Of a DNA stretch of 64,000 nucleotides, positions 27,458 to 41,489 are shown in pieces; within the stretch, counting starts at the first letter, position 1, and each line of letters opens with the position of its first letter. The DNA comes from the human T2T-CHM13v2.0 reference genome, Homo sapiens, in NCBI RefSeq assembly GCF_009914755.1, contig NC_060925.1, one strand, 5' to 3'. The notes below the pieces were generated by a model. The model was not told where the DNA came from, ran no database searches, and worked only from the letters and a program-made list of their open reading frames with translations. The translations under genes and the position numbers were made by a program.

Positions 27458-30400
27458 GTCTTTCACCTCCTTGGTTAGATAGATTCCTAGGTATTTTATT
27501 TTTTTAAACTATTATAAAAGTGTTTGAGTTTATTTGATTCTCAGCTTGGTTGCTGTTGGTGTATAGCAGAGCTACTGATTTGTATACATTAATTTTGTAT
27601 TCTGAAACTTTGCTGAATTCATTAATCAGCTCTAGGAGCTGTTGGGAGTAGTCTTTAGAGTTTTCTAGGAATATGATCATATCATCAGCAAACAGCGACA
27701 GTTTAACTTCCTCTTTATCAACTCAGATGCCCTTATTTCTTTCTCTTGTCTTATTACTCTGGCTAGGATTTCCAGCACTATGTTGAATAGAAATGGTGAG
27801 AGTGGGCATCTTTGGTTCCAGTTCTCAGGGGAAATGGTTTCAACTTTTCCCCATTCAGTGTAATTTTGGCTGTGGGTTTGTCATAGATGGCTTTTATTAC
27901 CTTAAGGTATGTACCTTTGATGTAGGTTTTGCTGAGGGTTTTAACCACAAAGGGATGCTAGATAATGTCAAATGCTTTTTCTGCATCTATTGAGATGATC
28001 ATGTAATTTTTGTTTTTAATTCTGTTTATGTGGTGTATCACATTTATTGACTTGCATATGTTAAACCATCCCTGTATCCCTGGTATGAAACCCACTTGAT
28101 CATGGTGGATTATCTTTCTGATATGCTGTTGGATTCAGTTAGCTAGTATTTTGTTAAGGATTTTTGCATCTATGTTCATCAGTGATATTGGTCTGTTATT
28201 TTCTTTTTTGTCATGTTTTTTCCTGGTTTTGGTATTAAGGTGATCCTGGCTTCATAGAATTATTTAGGAAGGATTCTTTCTCTGTCTTGTGGAATAGTGT
28301 CAATAAGATTGGTATCAATGGTTCTTTGGATACCTGTCAGAATTCAGCTGTGAATCTGCCTGGTCCTGAACTTTTTTTTTGTTGGCAATTTTTAAAATTA
28401 CCATTTCAGTATTGCTGCTTGTTATAGGTCTGTTCAGAGTTTCTATTTCTTCCTGGTTTAATACAGGAGAGTTGTATATTTCCAGGAATTTATCCATCTC
28501 CTCTAGGTTTTCTAGTTTATGTGCATAAAGGTGTTCATAGTAGTCTTGAATCATCTTTTGTATTTCTGTGGCATCAGTTATAATAGCTCCCATTTCATTT
28601 CTAATTAAATTTATTTGGATCTTCTCTCTTCTTTTCTTGGTTAATCTTGCTAATGGTCTATCAATTTTATTTATCTTTTCCAAGAACCAGATTTTTGTTT
28701 CATTTGCCTTTGGTATTTTTTTTGTTTCAATTTTATTTAGTTCTGCTCTGATCTTTATTATTTATTTTCTTCTGCTGGGTTTGGGTTTGGTTTGTTCTTG
28801 CTTCTCTTGTTCCTTAAGGTATGACCTTAGATTGCCTATTTGTGCTCTTTCAGACTTTCCTCTCAGCACCACCTTTGTGGTATCCCAGAGGTTTTGATAG
28901 GTTGTGCTGCCATTATCATTCAATTAAAAGAATTTGTTAATTTCCATCTTGATTTCATTGTTGATCCAATGATCATTCAAGAGCAGGTTATTTAATTTCC
29001 ATGTATTTGCATGGTTTTGAGGTTTCTTTTTGGAGTTCATTTCCAGTTGTATTCCACTGTGATCTGAGTGAGGACTTGATATAATTTCAATTTTCTTAAA
29101 TGTATTGAGACTTGTTTTGTGGCCTACCATATGGTCTATCTTGGAGAATGTTCCATGTGCTGATGAATAGAATGTGTATTCTGCAGTTGTTGGGTAGAAT
29201 GTTCTGTAAATATCTGTTAAGTCCATTTGTTCTAGGGTATATTTAAATTCATTGTTTCTTTGTGTTGACTTCTGTCTTGATTACCTATCTAGTGTTGTCA
29301 GAGTATTAAAGTCCCCCACTATTATTGTGTTGCTGTCTATCTTATTTCTTAGGTCTAGTGGTAATTGTTTTATAAATGTGGCAGCTCCAGTATTAGGTGC
29401 ATGTATATTTAGGATTGCGATATTTTCCTGTTGGGCAAGTTCATTTATCATTATATATAATGCCCTTCTTTGTTTTTTCTAACTGCTGTTGCTTTAAAGT
29501 TTGTTTTTATCTGATATAAGAATAGCTATTCCTCCTCACTTTTGGTGTCCATTTGCATGGAATATCTTTTTCCATCCCTTTTCCTTAAGTTTATGTGAGT
29601 CCTTATGTGTTAGGTGAGTCTTGTAAAGACAGCAGATACTTGGTTAGTGAATTCTTATCCATTCTGCCATTCTGTACCTTTTAAGTGCAGCATTTAGGCC
29701 ATTTATATTCAATGTTCATATTGAGATGTGAGGTACTATTCTATTCATCATGCCATTTTTGCCTGAATACCTTGGGTTTTTTAAAATTTATTATATTTTT
29801 GTTTTATTGGTCCTGTGAGATTTATGCTTTAAGGAGTTTCTATTCTGGTGTGTTTTGAAGATTAGTTTCAAGATTTAGAGCTCCTTTTAGCAGTTGTGGT
29901 AGTGCTGGCTTGGTAGAGGCAAATTCTCTCAGCATTTGTTTGTCTGAAGAAGACTTTATCTTTCCTTCATTTATGAAGCATAGTTTTGCTGGATACAAAA
30001 TTTTTGGCTGATAATTATTTTGTTTAAGGAGGCTAAAGATAGGACCCCAATCCCTCCTAGCTTGTAGAGTTATTGCTGAGAAATCTTCTGTTAATCTCAT
30101 AGGTTTTCCTTTGTAGATTACCTGATGCTTTTCCCTCACAGTTCTTAAGATTCTTTACTTTGTCTTGACTTTACATAACTTGATGACTATGTGCCTAGGT
30201 AATGATCTTTTGTGATAAATTTCCCAGGTGTCCTTTGAGCTTCTTGTATTTGGATGTCTAGATCTCTAGCAAGGCTGGAGAGGTTTCCCTCAATTATTAT
30301 CTCAAATATATTTTCCAAACTTTTAGATTTATCTTCTTCCTTGGAAACATCAATTATTCTTAGGTTTCGTCATTTAACATAATCCCAAACTTCTTGGAGG

Positions 30401-32305
30401 CTTTGTTCATTTTCTTTTATTCTTTTTTCTTTATCTTTGTTGGATTGAGTTAATTTGAAAGCCTTGTCTTTGAGCTCTGAAGTTCTTTCTTCTACTTATT
30501 TGATTCTATTGCTGAGACTTTCTAGTGTATTTTGCATTTCTCTAAGTGTGTCCTTCATTTCCAGAAGTTGTGATTGTTTTTTAATTATGCTATTTCACTG
30601 AAGATTTTTCCCTTCATGTATTGTATTATTATTATTTTTTAGTTCCTTAACTGGGACTTCAAATTTCTCTGGTGCCTCCTTGATTAGCTTAATAATTGAC
30701 CTTTTGAATTCTTTTTCTGGCGATTCAGAGATTTCTTCTTGGTTTGAATCTGTTGCTGGTGAGCTAGTGTGGTCTTTTGGGGGTGTTAATAAAACATTTT
30801 TGTCATATGTCCAGGATTGTTTTTCTGTTTTTGTTTTGTTTTGTTTTGTTTTGTTTTGTTTTTCTCATTTGGGTAGACTATGTCAGAGGGAAGAGCTGGG
30901 GCTCAAGAGTTGCTGTCAGACTCTTTTCATCCCACAGGGTTCTCCCTTGATATGGTGCTCTCCCCCTTCCTGTAGAGATATAGCTCCCTGAGAGCTGAAC
31001 TATAGTGATTGTTATTTCTCCCCTGGATCTAGCCACCCAGTGGGGCTACCAGCCTTCTGGCTCTTATGAGGGGCTGTCTGCACAGGGCCCTGTGAATCAT
31101 CTTCAGGTCTCTCAGCCACTGATATCAGCATCTGTTCTGATGGAGGTGGTAGGGGAGTAAAGTGGACTCTGTGAGGGTCCTTGGTTGTAGATTTGTTTAT
31201 TGAATTAGTTTTGTGTTGGTTGGGCTCCAGCCAGGAGATGGTGTTTTCAAGAAAGCATCAGCTGCAGTAGTATAGAAAGGATCAGGTGGTGGGTGGGATC
31301 ATAGAGCTCCCAAGAGATTATGTCCTTTGTCTTTGGCTACCAGGGCAGGTAGAGAAAGACCATCAGGTGTGGGCAGGGTTAAGCATGTCTGTCTGAGCTC
31401 AGACTCTCTTTGTTCAGGGCTTGCTGCGGCTGCTGTGAGGGATGGGGTTGTTATTCTCAGGCCAATGGATTTATGTTTCCAGGGAGATTATGGCTGCCTC
31501 TGCTGCATCATGCAAGTCACCAGGCAAGTGGGGGAAAGCCAGCAGTTAGTTGCAGTCCTCACGCAGCTCCCATGCAGCCCAAAAGGCTGGTCTCACTCTC
31601 ACCATGCCCCCTAGTAACACCAAGTTTATTTCCAGGCAGCTGGTGAGCAGGGCTGGGAACTTACCCCAGGCTGCCAGCCTCCTTGCTGAGAAAGCAAGTA
31701 GGGCTTTCAGGTTTTGTGCCTCCCTGCCTGTGGCAGTTTCTGTGCTGAGTCTGCACTCCAATTTCCGCCTCCCCCAGGGTTCTGTTCAGGAAAACTTCAC
31801 ATTCAGTCAAAATTGTTATGCACTTCAGCTAGAAGTTTCCTTCTCCCTGTAGTCTTTTCCCAGTTCCTCTGGCAGCCCTCCCCAAGGACCCCTGTGAGAT
31901 AAAGTTAGAAATGGCTTCCCTGGGGACTGAGAGCACCCACAGTGCTCTTCCCGCTGTTTCTTCTACCCCTATATTTCACTTGGCTCTCTAAATTTGTCTC
32001 AGTACCAGGTAAGGTCAAATTCCTCTTCCACGATTTGGACCTTCAGGTTCCCCAGTGAAGGTGCATGTTTGGGGGCAGAAGAACTCCATTGCAAACTTTG
32101 GGCACTCACAGTTCTTCAGGTGTCTCTTGGAGCATGCAGTGGCAACCCACTTCCTTCAAAGGGTCCGTGGATTCACTTGGCTTTCCTGGTATGTTCCTGC
32201 AGTAGTTCTTGGAGCAAAAGTTCATGATGTGAGTCTCCATATGCTGCTCTGTCCATCCAAGTGGGAGCTGCAAGTTAGTCCTGCCTCCTATCTGCCTTTT
32301 TTTCC
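27458..32305 (-). mobile_element. L1PB (L1PBa-type 5' UTR) LINE-1 with 5' UTR, ORF1 and partial ORF2; 3' end missing
   Basis: 5' end ggcagataggaggcaggactaacttgcagctccc; ORF1 peptide 29840-30139; ORF2 peptides 28924-29226 and 28315-28683; stops abruptly at KYLGIYLTKEVKD. Confidence 0.92.
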
Positions 32306-32689
32306 AACCCTGCCATTGGTCTTTCTTAACAGCAGGAGAGGCTCCCTTCATCCTCTGCCTTTTATATTTTTTGTGGTGCTTATTAGCCCTTGTTACAGTT
32401 ACCTAGCTCAAGGCTTATTGTAGTTTCTTTCATTCTTATTTTCCCTTTCTGTCTGCATTCCTTTAGCTTTCATTGACCACCTACTCTGTGCCAGACACTA
32501 AAGACATATTAGAAAAGAATTATACATAATTCTTTTCTAATTATGACACAAATTCTTTATGTCTAATTAGACATAAAGAAAATATATTATACTCCCTTCC
32601 AAAGAACTGACAGAATTCTCAAATGACCAGCAAGCAAGCAACAACTAAAAGGCTGTATGATGTTAAGTCATCTACAGCAAAGTAAAATA

Positions 32690-32930
32690 ATGCAATAACT
32701 AAATGCATAGGCTTTGGAGTCAGAATCACCTACACACAGATTCAGGCTCTGAGGCTAGCTGGTGATTTTTACTAAATTATTTAATCCCTTAAGCTTCAAT
32801 TTCCCCATCTATAAAATAAGGTTAATAATGAGTTATGCATAGGGTGGTTGTGAACATGAAATAAAATAGTGTACACTAAGTACTTAATAGAGTGCCCAAT
32901 TTTTCGTAATATTCAATAAATATTATTGCT
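32690..32930 (+). mobile_element. MIR SINE
   Basis: ggctttggagtcaga...ttccccatctataaaataagg...ttcaataaatatt. Confidence 0.75.
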
Positions 32931-34135
32931 AAAAACAAGTTTGTCTGAGGATGTCAGGAAATCCCTCACAGAGGGAAAATAACATTATTACTTAAAGGAA
33001 GCATTCTTAATCTAAGCAGGCAGATGCACCTGTGCATTTTGTTTCTTAGTCAACAATTATTCATTTTAAAAGACTGTTTCTTGAAACATCCTGGGATGAG
33101 GAGTATCCTGTTTTGATTCTTCTATTTTGCAAACAGAGAAAATGTCAGAAGCTAATCAGCTCATCCAAGTGCATACCAGTTTTGTTATTTAACCAGTAAA
33201 GGCTTTCTGTGAGAAAAGATTATGCAGTTAATCTACATTAAATACTTACTCTGTACAAAGCCTTGTGGGGGATATAGAAATGTAAAACCACTAAGAGACA
33301 CCATGTGATGTCACTGGGAGTTAATGTTGATTCCAAGATGAGCACTCCACAAAGGCAGAAAAGTTGAAACTGTCATTCTGTATGCCAGACTACAGTGATA
33401 GGTATAAAGAAGAGATCATGGTCAAGAGGAATGATCAGAAAAGACTGTCACAAAGGAAGTGAACTTGAAAAGCTGGGCTTAAAAAAAGAATGGAATTTAG
33501 ACAATGGGTAGAGAAGGGTATGGGGAGTGTATTAGGAAAAACAGAATTTGAGCAAAGGGCATGGTAGTGAAGACACACAACACTCAGGAGAAATCAAGCC
33601 GGCAAATTCTCTTTGTGCAGTTAAGAGGTCAAATGACTTTCCCAAGATCACACAATTATTTAGGACTAGGATGGGGTCTTCTAATTTGCAGTTTGACTTG
33701 TTCTGCCATGTGCAAGATTTATAACTGATGATTGGGTGTTGCAAGAAGGGCAACATTTCATCATCCTCAAAGAAATGAGACAAAAAGACTGTCTCTAAGG
33801 CTTATTGGATGCAGATGTGGTTGCCTTAAAATTCCAGCAGACTCGTGTTTACCTTCTGTGGCTGAGCAGGACCATCCTGTAGGAAGGCTGCTACTGCCGA
33901 CCTGGTACTCCCACCACATCCTGACACTCAGACTCTGAGTATGTAGCTTTATGGGAATATCCAAGGCCATAGGACTTCCTCAGGACAGCCCTGGCACATG
34001 GCCCAGAAAGGTGTTTGGGCCACATAGTCTATCATGGCTCTTCAGAGGGACAGCAGTGCAGGGAGCATTTCTGGACTTTATTTCCCTGGATTGAACAAAA
34101 TTTGTGAGTTTCCAGTTAGAGTTAGCTCTTCTTAG

Positions 34136-34474
<339 letters not shown>

Positions 34475-35564
34475 TGATAAGCAGTGCCATTTAGAAGATT
34501 ATATGCTGGAGAAAGAAGATCTGGGTTCAAGTCCTTTTCTAGCTTTGTGATTTGGGACAAGTTGATTATGATATCTTGTTACCATGAGATTGGTTATGCC
34601 AATCTCCTTATTTTATGGGTTAAAAAAACCCCAGAAGCTCAGAAGAGTTTAATAACCTGTTCAAAGTTATATGATATGTTAAATATATAAATCTCCATTG
34701 AATAATATCACCTCTATCTTCCTTACAAAGCTTTTATGAGGCTCAAATAAGAAAATAAATATGAATATTCACCACAGTACTTGACATGGATGCTAGGAAC
34801 CCTTAATGTTCCCTTTTCCCAGTAGTAAAGCAGTAGTAATCAGTCACACACACACACATGCACACACACACAGACACCCCACATATACAGCATAGTGCGT
34901 AACACACATACATATAAGATTTATTTAAAACGACCTTGAGAAGAAAATTATTAACTCTGGGTCAGATGTGTTTATAAGCCCATTTCTGGGACCACATTCT
35001 GGGCTCTACCATATTGTATCTTGGGGTCATGGCTCTCTCACAACTGGAGAGAGGTGCTCCAAGCATCAATTCATAAAAGCTGTTACTAGCACACTATCTC
35101 TATCCTGTTTTTTTTAAAATAATACTATCTACCTTGCCTTTTATGAGGTGCAGAGCCTAGCACAAATGTGTCTAATCAGGCTGATCAAAACAAGGGGAAT
35201 TGCACTGGTATTTGGGCCTGGGGTGCACAGCAAAAGGTCAAAGACTTACACGACCAGGAAAGCTTGTGACTTGGTTATTCCACTTATGATGTGGTTTTTA
35301 TATAAATGGCCTGCATTCATTTAAGGACAAACATAAGACAGCCCTTCTCCTAGCTTCAGAATAGACTGAAAGTGGAGGAGAAGAGCAGAGAGAAATTTTG
35401 TTTTTTTTTTGGTTTGGTTTTAGGAAATAATTTACAATATTTATATTCTAGGAATTGCCCTAGAGAAATTAGAATTTTTTAATTAAAAAATTTATTTTCC
35501 TCTTAGCTTCTTGCAATGTCCACATTATACGGTGCATTAAAGCTATAAGGTCTTATTCCTATTT

Positions 35565-35716
35565 CAGCAATTCTCAATCAGATAATCTCAGAATGCTTGT
35601 TAAAACACAGATCTGTGGGCTTTGATCCAGATCAACTGATTTATAATTACTTGTATAAGTAAGTTAAATAAGTTCTTGGTGAAATTCTCATGTCCACTAG
35701 AATTTAGAAACCACTG
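35565..35716. mobile_element. MER5-like hAT-Charlie MITE
   Basis: cagcaattctcaa...gcttgttaaaacacagat...ttagaaaccactg termini. Confidence 0.6.
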
Positions 35717-37459
35717 CACACTCCCTTCTAGCATCTGAAATCACTTCTATTTTTATAGATAAAATAGCCTGCTTTTCAAACTCTTCCATATTTGTAGCTT
35801 TGGGTTTCTAGATCTCTTTTAAGCTCACCAAGATCTAGTATTCAGCCTAGTACTCAGCCAGCGAAATTAGATGGAGTAGAATGGAAATTCTACTTGTGCT
35901 TCCCATAATAAAGCTTCACTCTTCCCTCTTCCTGCTTCAACTTTCTCCACAAACACACAGCAGTAAAATATACATATTTTTAAAGTTCTATTCTTATGCA
36001 CCACAGAGCTTAAGAAACACTGCTCCCCTTGTGGTAGGTGCTGGACCAGCCAATGTTTTTGATTAGTAGGTGAGGCACATGAGGAGTTTGTGGTGAATGC
36101 ATCAGTGGGAGGAAGAAAGGCATGAAATGAAGAATCGACATGATTGTGGTGCCTGGAGCCAGAGAGTTAGCTGCTGGTTCCAGCTCTGGTATTAACTGAG
36201 GGTGTGATCTGAGGTGAGTCATGCCTCTCTTTGGGCCACAGGGTGCCTTAGGGCTAGGCAGAATTCTTTAAGGCAGAGCTTCCTAGCTTATATGTAGTAT
36301 CACACTGGTGTGCCACAAACGGATTATAGGTGTGCTATGAATTACTGCGTTCCTCAGCTCTCAGAATGTGCCTCTAGCCAAGAGAAGCCTCATCAGAGTC
36401 TTCTTGGGGACTGGTCTGAGCAGTGTAGGAGTCCAAGGACCACCCTCATAGTCCCTAGAGGAGGCAGTGGGCACCATGAGTCACATTTACCATGCATTTC
36501 TCCACTATAATGCCCTGAATGCACACAGCCAAGAAGGTAGGTGTTCTACTGCATGGGCATCTCAGCAGCCATCCATCCTAGCAGTTAGCACCGCAGACCA
36601 TTCTAGGTAAGGCCTGAGGATCAGTAGGTAGTTTGTGTCCAGCTGCCCAGAAGCTTAGAGCTTAGCCCAAGATGTGGCCAGTGGGGATGAGTGAGTGCAG
36701 AAACATGGTGGGGATTTCTGGTCTGCCCAGCAACACGTGATAGCCCAGAATCTGTTTTCACATATATCAGATACTCCTGTTCATCTTCAGCAGATGGACA
36801 AAAAAGTCCATTTAGTGGTTTCCATGCTAGCTGTAGGGCAACTGCTCTTACAATGCATATGCAATATACAAATTAGACCTTCGTTATTATTTTGGAATGC
36901 TAGATAGCATAAAAGTCTGAATTTAAAGTACCTTTGCTCTATCGTAAAAAATTAAACATTAACTTGTCAGTATAAGAAAAGGATAAGCTATTAGGTTCTT
37001 TAATTTCAAATGTTGCAAATCTTCAAATAGTTGTAAACAATGGTTTTAATTTTTTAAATTATCTTATTGTGGGAATGAAGGTTCTTGTTGATACACACCA
37101 CTAGGAATTTGAAACAATCATCATTAAGAAGTCTTACTCAGAGTTTTGCATAGCTATTTTGAATATGGTATCTGTTGGTAAAAAGATATATCAATGGTAA
37201 TAAGTTCAAATTTCTAATTTTTTAAAATTATTTTATTTGGAACCTTTATATAAATTTAATATTTGATATTTTTCTAAACATCTTGTATTTTATTTTTCCT
37301 ATAAGGATATAAATATAAAGAGTGACAATTTTTTTCACTGAACTTTGTTGAGCTATTCCCAGATCACCCTCCAGGTTTTGTAGAGAAAACATTTGTACAA
37401 AACAAAAAGTTTTTCTATGTGTGGAAGATGTGACAAAGATTGCCTACAGTGTTTTAGGG

Positions 37460-37672
37460 CAGTGGTTCTCAACTGGGGATGATTTTGCTTCCCAAAGGGC
37501 ATTTGACAATATTTGAAGACATCTTCTGTTTGTCACCATTGGGGAGCTACTTATGGTGTTTAACAGGCAGAGGCCAGGAATGCTGCTAAATACCCTACAA
37601 TGCACAGGAAAATTCTCCATAAAAAGAATTATCAGACCCAAAATGTCAATAGTGCCAAAGATAGAAACTGTG
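37460..37672 (+). mobile_element. MER20 hAT-Charlie MITE
   Basis: cagtggttctcaactggggatgattttg...cccaaaatgtcaatagtgccaa; 8-bp degenerate TSD ttttaggg/ttctagag. Confidence 0.9.
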
Positions 37673-40068
37673 TTCTAGAGCCTGTCTCATTCTTATATCC
37701 TGATTCAGAATTATAAATGTTCTCATAGTGGTTGGCAATAACGGATGTGGCCAGAAATGGCCAGCTCTAATCTCCTAACTGCATCTATAATAGCAGACCC
37801 TGTAGGCAAGCAAAATGTGGGGCAGGACTTCCTATAGGCCTCCTTGAGATGGTATGCATTTCAAAGCAGCAGTTGTGTAACTTTTATGGCTACAAAGTTA
37901 GTACACCCAGGTGAGCATCTTCTTCTCCCATTTTATTTTTTTTAAATATCATATTCTAGAAATGACATTTTTGTTCCATTGGATTGTGACTCATGTTATT
38001 TTTCAACAACGCCCCTTCCTCTAGCCCCAACTCTGGATCTCACCATGACTAGCCTGGCTGGGATGGGTGGCCCAAAAGGCAGAGATTTGCACTGAAAATC
38101 TTTTCAAATCATTCCCTTCTCCTTCCCGTTCGAATTCGAAAGGGGAATTCAAATTCCTTCAAATTTATTTCGGAGTCGAAGTCATCCTATTGTTTGGCAT
38201 TAATGTGCTACTTCTAAGACTAAACAAATCTTCCATATCCTTCCTCTCTGATGCACTCATCCTCTTGGTTGTTTTGTTTTGTTTTTTAACACGTCAGGAT
38301 GATTCAAGTGACTAGGGATTAAACCAGTCTGGACAGCCATACTCCTTTATCAATACGACTCCTACCACTCCTTCAGTCAATTTTTACAACAGGTTCACAT
38401 CTACCATCTGGTACCAAGAGCAGGTTTAATGGAGCATCAGACACTTTTATTTGTCCTAGGACTTAACAGAGGATTGGCAATTCTATTAATAAATGTACCT
38501 GGATAGAAGAAAGATCAATAGATCTAGGGTCTTTGTTATATAAAATTAAGCAAGTTATTCAGTCATTAGAGCCTCATTTTGCTCATATAAAAGAGTAGTA
38601 GTGACGAGAGGGCTGCTGATTTTTCCCCAACTTAAAATGAAAGAAAAAGCACTGAGAAATTTTGAAAAGCATGTCAGTATTAGGAAATGCACACTTTCAT
38701 GGTATTGACTCATTGTTAATGTATCATTTATACTGAAATGAGGAAGTTGGGTTTTACAGTTGGAATCAGGAACTAGTTTACATCCTTTGCAGGGTTTAGA
38801 GGCCCTGGAAGATTATGGTCATCAGCGTGACCTGGATAGCGCTTTAATGCTGGCAAAAACAAACCATCAATTTATTTAAGAAATACATATTAGAAACCTA
38901 GTATGCTCTTTGTAAACAAATAGTACAAAGTTTTTTTTCTATTTTGCAGAGGAGAAAGCTGAAGCACAAGATGGTTAAAAGGACTGTTCAAGACAGCCTT
39001 GCAATTTTGACCAAGGAAGAAAGCTGAAGAGTGCTAGGGCAAGAGAGGAACTACGTCCAGAACAATTCATAATTCCAAATTCTCACTTCCATGATTTCAA
39101 TGCTGAATGTGTACTTCTCTAGCTAAAAATACAATTGCTTAAGTAAAATCATCATTATTTACAGTCTTGCTGAATTGTGGTGTTGTTATTAACCAGAAAC
39201 AACAGCTTAAGTCATTGTGTTTTGAAATACTTGATTTATTATCCTGATTGTTTGAAAATGCTACCTGAAATTTTTCCTGGCACTTTTGAGTCATTCTCAC
39301 CAGGTACACACATCTGGTGTTTCTCCATGACACAGTAGCTGTTCCCCCTTTAATTTCTTTCTTCTTCCTAACAGACACTGGAGTTATAATATCAAACTTC
39401 CATTCATGATGAATATTTGAACTACCATGGAGACTGAGAGTCCAGGGAAGAAAATATGTCCTGTTGATATGTATCTCAATGCATCTTCCTTTCTATCTTC
39501 TTCCTGGGGCAGCCTCACATATAATTCAGTTAGGAACCCCCTAAATCCTGATCCATGTTGGGAGCCCTCTGAAACTTCAATGTGCATTAAACTCTCAAAA
39601 CTTCCCAGTCTCTGAAGTTCCTCAATTGTTCAGCATTCCCTACTTGAAAGGCAGAGGACCACATCCTCAGGTCTCCTTTAATTGCATTTACCTGAGACTT
39701 GAATTCACTAATTAGGTATGTGGGTGTTTAGACAAAAGACAGAAAATTAGAAATGTGTTTGGAGAACTGGCTGCAGGTTCTGTACTAGCACTAAACTCTG
39801 TATGTTTGCAATATTTGATATTTTCAGTTTTTTCTATTTTTAGCCATAATAGGTGAGTGGTGGTATCTCATGGTGGTTTTAATTTGCATTTCATTGCTGA
39901 TTGGTGATTTTGATAATCTTTTCTAGGTCTTATCTAATCATTGATGATTTTAATCATCTTTTCTAGGTCTTATTATCCATACATACAACTGCTTTGATGA
40001 AGTGCACTGAATATGTGTGTGTATATATCTATATCTATATCTATATCTATATATATAGATATATATAT

Positions 40069-40405
40069 GGTCCTAGATTTCTTAACAATGGGGGTACATT
40101 TCGAGAAATGCATCATTAGGTGATTTCATCATTATGCAAACATTGTAAAGTGAACTTACACAAACCTAAGTAGTATAGCCTACTTTACACCTTGGCTGTA
40201 TGGTATAGCCTATTGCTCCTAGGCTATAAACCTGTACAGCATGTTACTGTACTGAATCCTGTAGGCCATTGTAACACAATGGTAGGTATTTATGTATCTA
40301 AACATAGAAAAGATACAGCAAAAACACAACATTATAATTCATAAGACCAATGTCATATGTGTGGTCATTGACTGAACCATTATTAGGTAGCAGATGAATG
40401 ACTGT
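40069..40405 (-). mobile_element. Tigger3a (MER7A) TcMar-Tigger element
   Basis: tatagcctattgctcctaggctataaacctgtacagcatgttactgtactgaat...atgactg matches Tigger3a in reverse. Confidence 0.85.
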
Positions 40406-41470
40406 TTATATATATCACCTCTCTCTCTATATATATATATACACATACACACTTATAAGTATGTATACATATATGTGCATATAGGAATGTACACTTATGT
40501 ATATACATATGTATATGTATGTATACATGTATGCATGTATCAGTTTGTATACATATATGTACACACTTATACATATACACATATGTACACATAGGCATAC
40601 ATGTGTATATAGGGAGAGAGTGAGTGGTGGTATAAACATGCATACATTTGTATACAAACATATATACATACATATATACACACATATACATGCATATACA
40701 TACATATGTATATATGCACATAAATATACATGTATATACACATATACACACATATGTGCATATGTGCATAATATACATATATGTATATATACTCCACACA
40801 CCACACACTATATATCTCCCTCATATACATATATGTACATATATGCATACTTATACGTATGTGTTCATATATGTATACTTATACGTATATGTGTTCATAT
40901 ATGTATACTTATACATATATGTGTTCTTATATGTATAATTGTGTATACATACATGCATACACATATACATACATATGTGCATTGTGTATGTATATATATG
41001 CACATATGTATGGTACATATATAAGAATTTATACACATACACATATGTGTATATGTGTGTATATAGAGAATGCTAATATACACATATGTGTGTATATATG
41101 TGTGTGTACATATAGAGGGTACATGTGTGTATATATACATATATGTATATATGTGTATATATACATATATACGTATATATGTGTATAAATGTATATGTGT
41201 ATGTATATATACGTATATATGTATATGTGTACATATATGTACATGTACACATGTCCCCCTGAACTTAAAATAAAAGCAAAAAAAAACTTATGAAGTTACA
41301 GTCATCAAGAACAGTATATGGCATTGGCATTAAGAAAGGCAAATAAATCAGTGGATCAGAATAGGTGGTCCAGAAATATATACATATATATGTGTATATA
41401 CACATATGTACATGTATGTATATGGGTGTGTATATATATACATACATATTTATATATATATAGAGAGATA
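40406..41470. repeat. About 1 kb complex (TA/CA/TG)n alternating purine-pyrimidine tract
   Basis: Near-continuous RY alternation, with an internal ~27-bp unit atacttatacgtatgtgttcatatatgt x3 at 40847-40935. Confidence 0.95.
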
Positions 41471-41473
41471 GAG
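41248..41473 (+). repeat. Inverted duplicate of 42819-43017 (L1PA tail/L1M junction plus microsatellite)
   Basis: cacatgtccccctgaacttaaaa...agttacagtcatcaagaacagtatatgg...tcagtggatcagaatag..gtccagaaata is the reverse complement of 42891-43017. Confidence 0.85.
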
Positions 41474-41489
41474 GGCATAAAGGACTTGG

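Larger units (their letters stand above)
35250..39367 (-). ncRNA. Candidate non-coding exons (39301-39367, 37138-37171, 35250-35365)
   Basis: Acceptors tgtctgttag, tctttttaccaacag and ctctctgctcttctcctccactttcag; donors CTG|GTGAGA, TGA|GTAAGA and CGT|GTAAGT. Confidence 0.35.
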
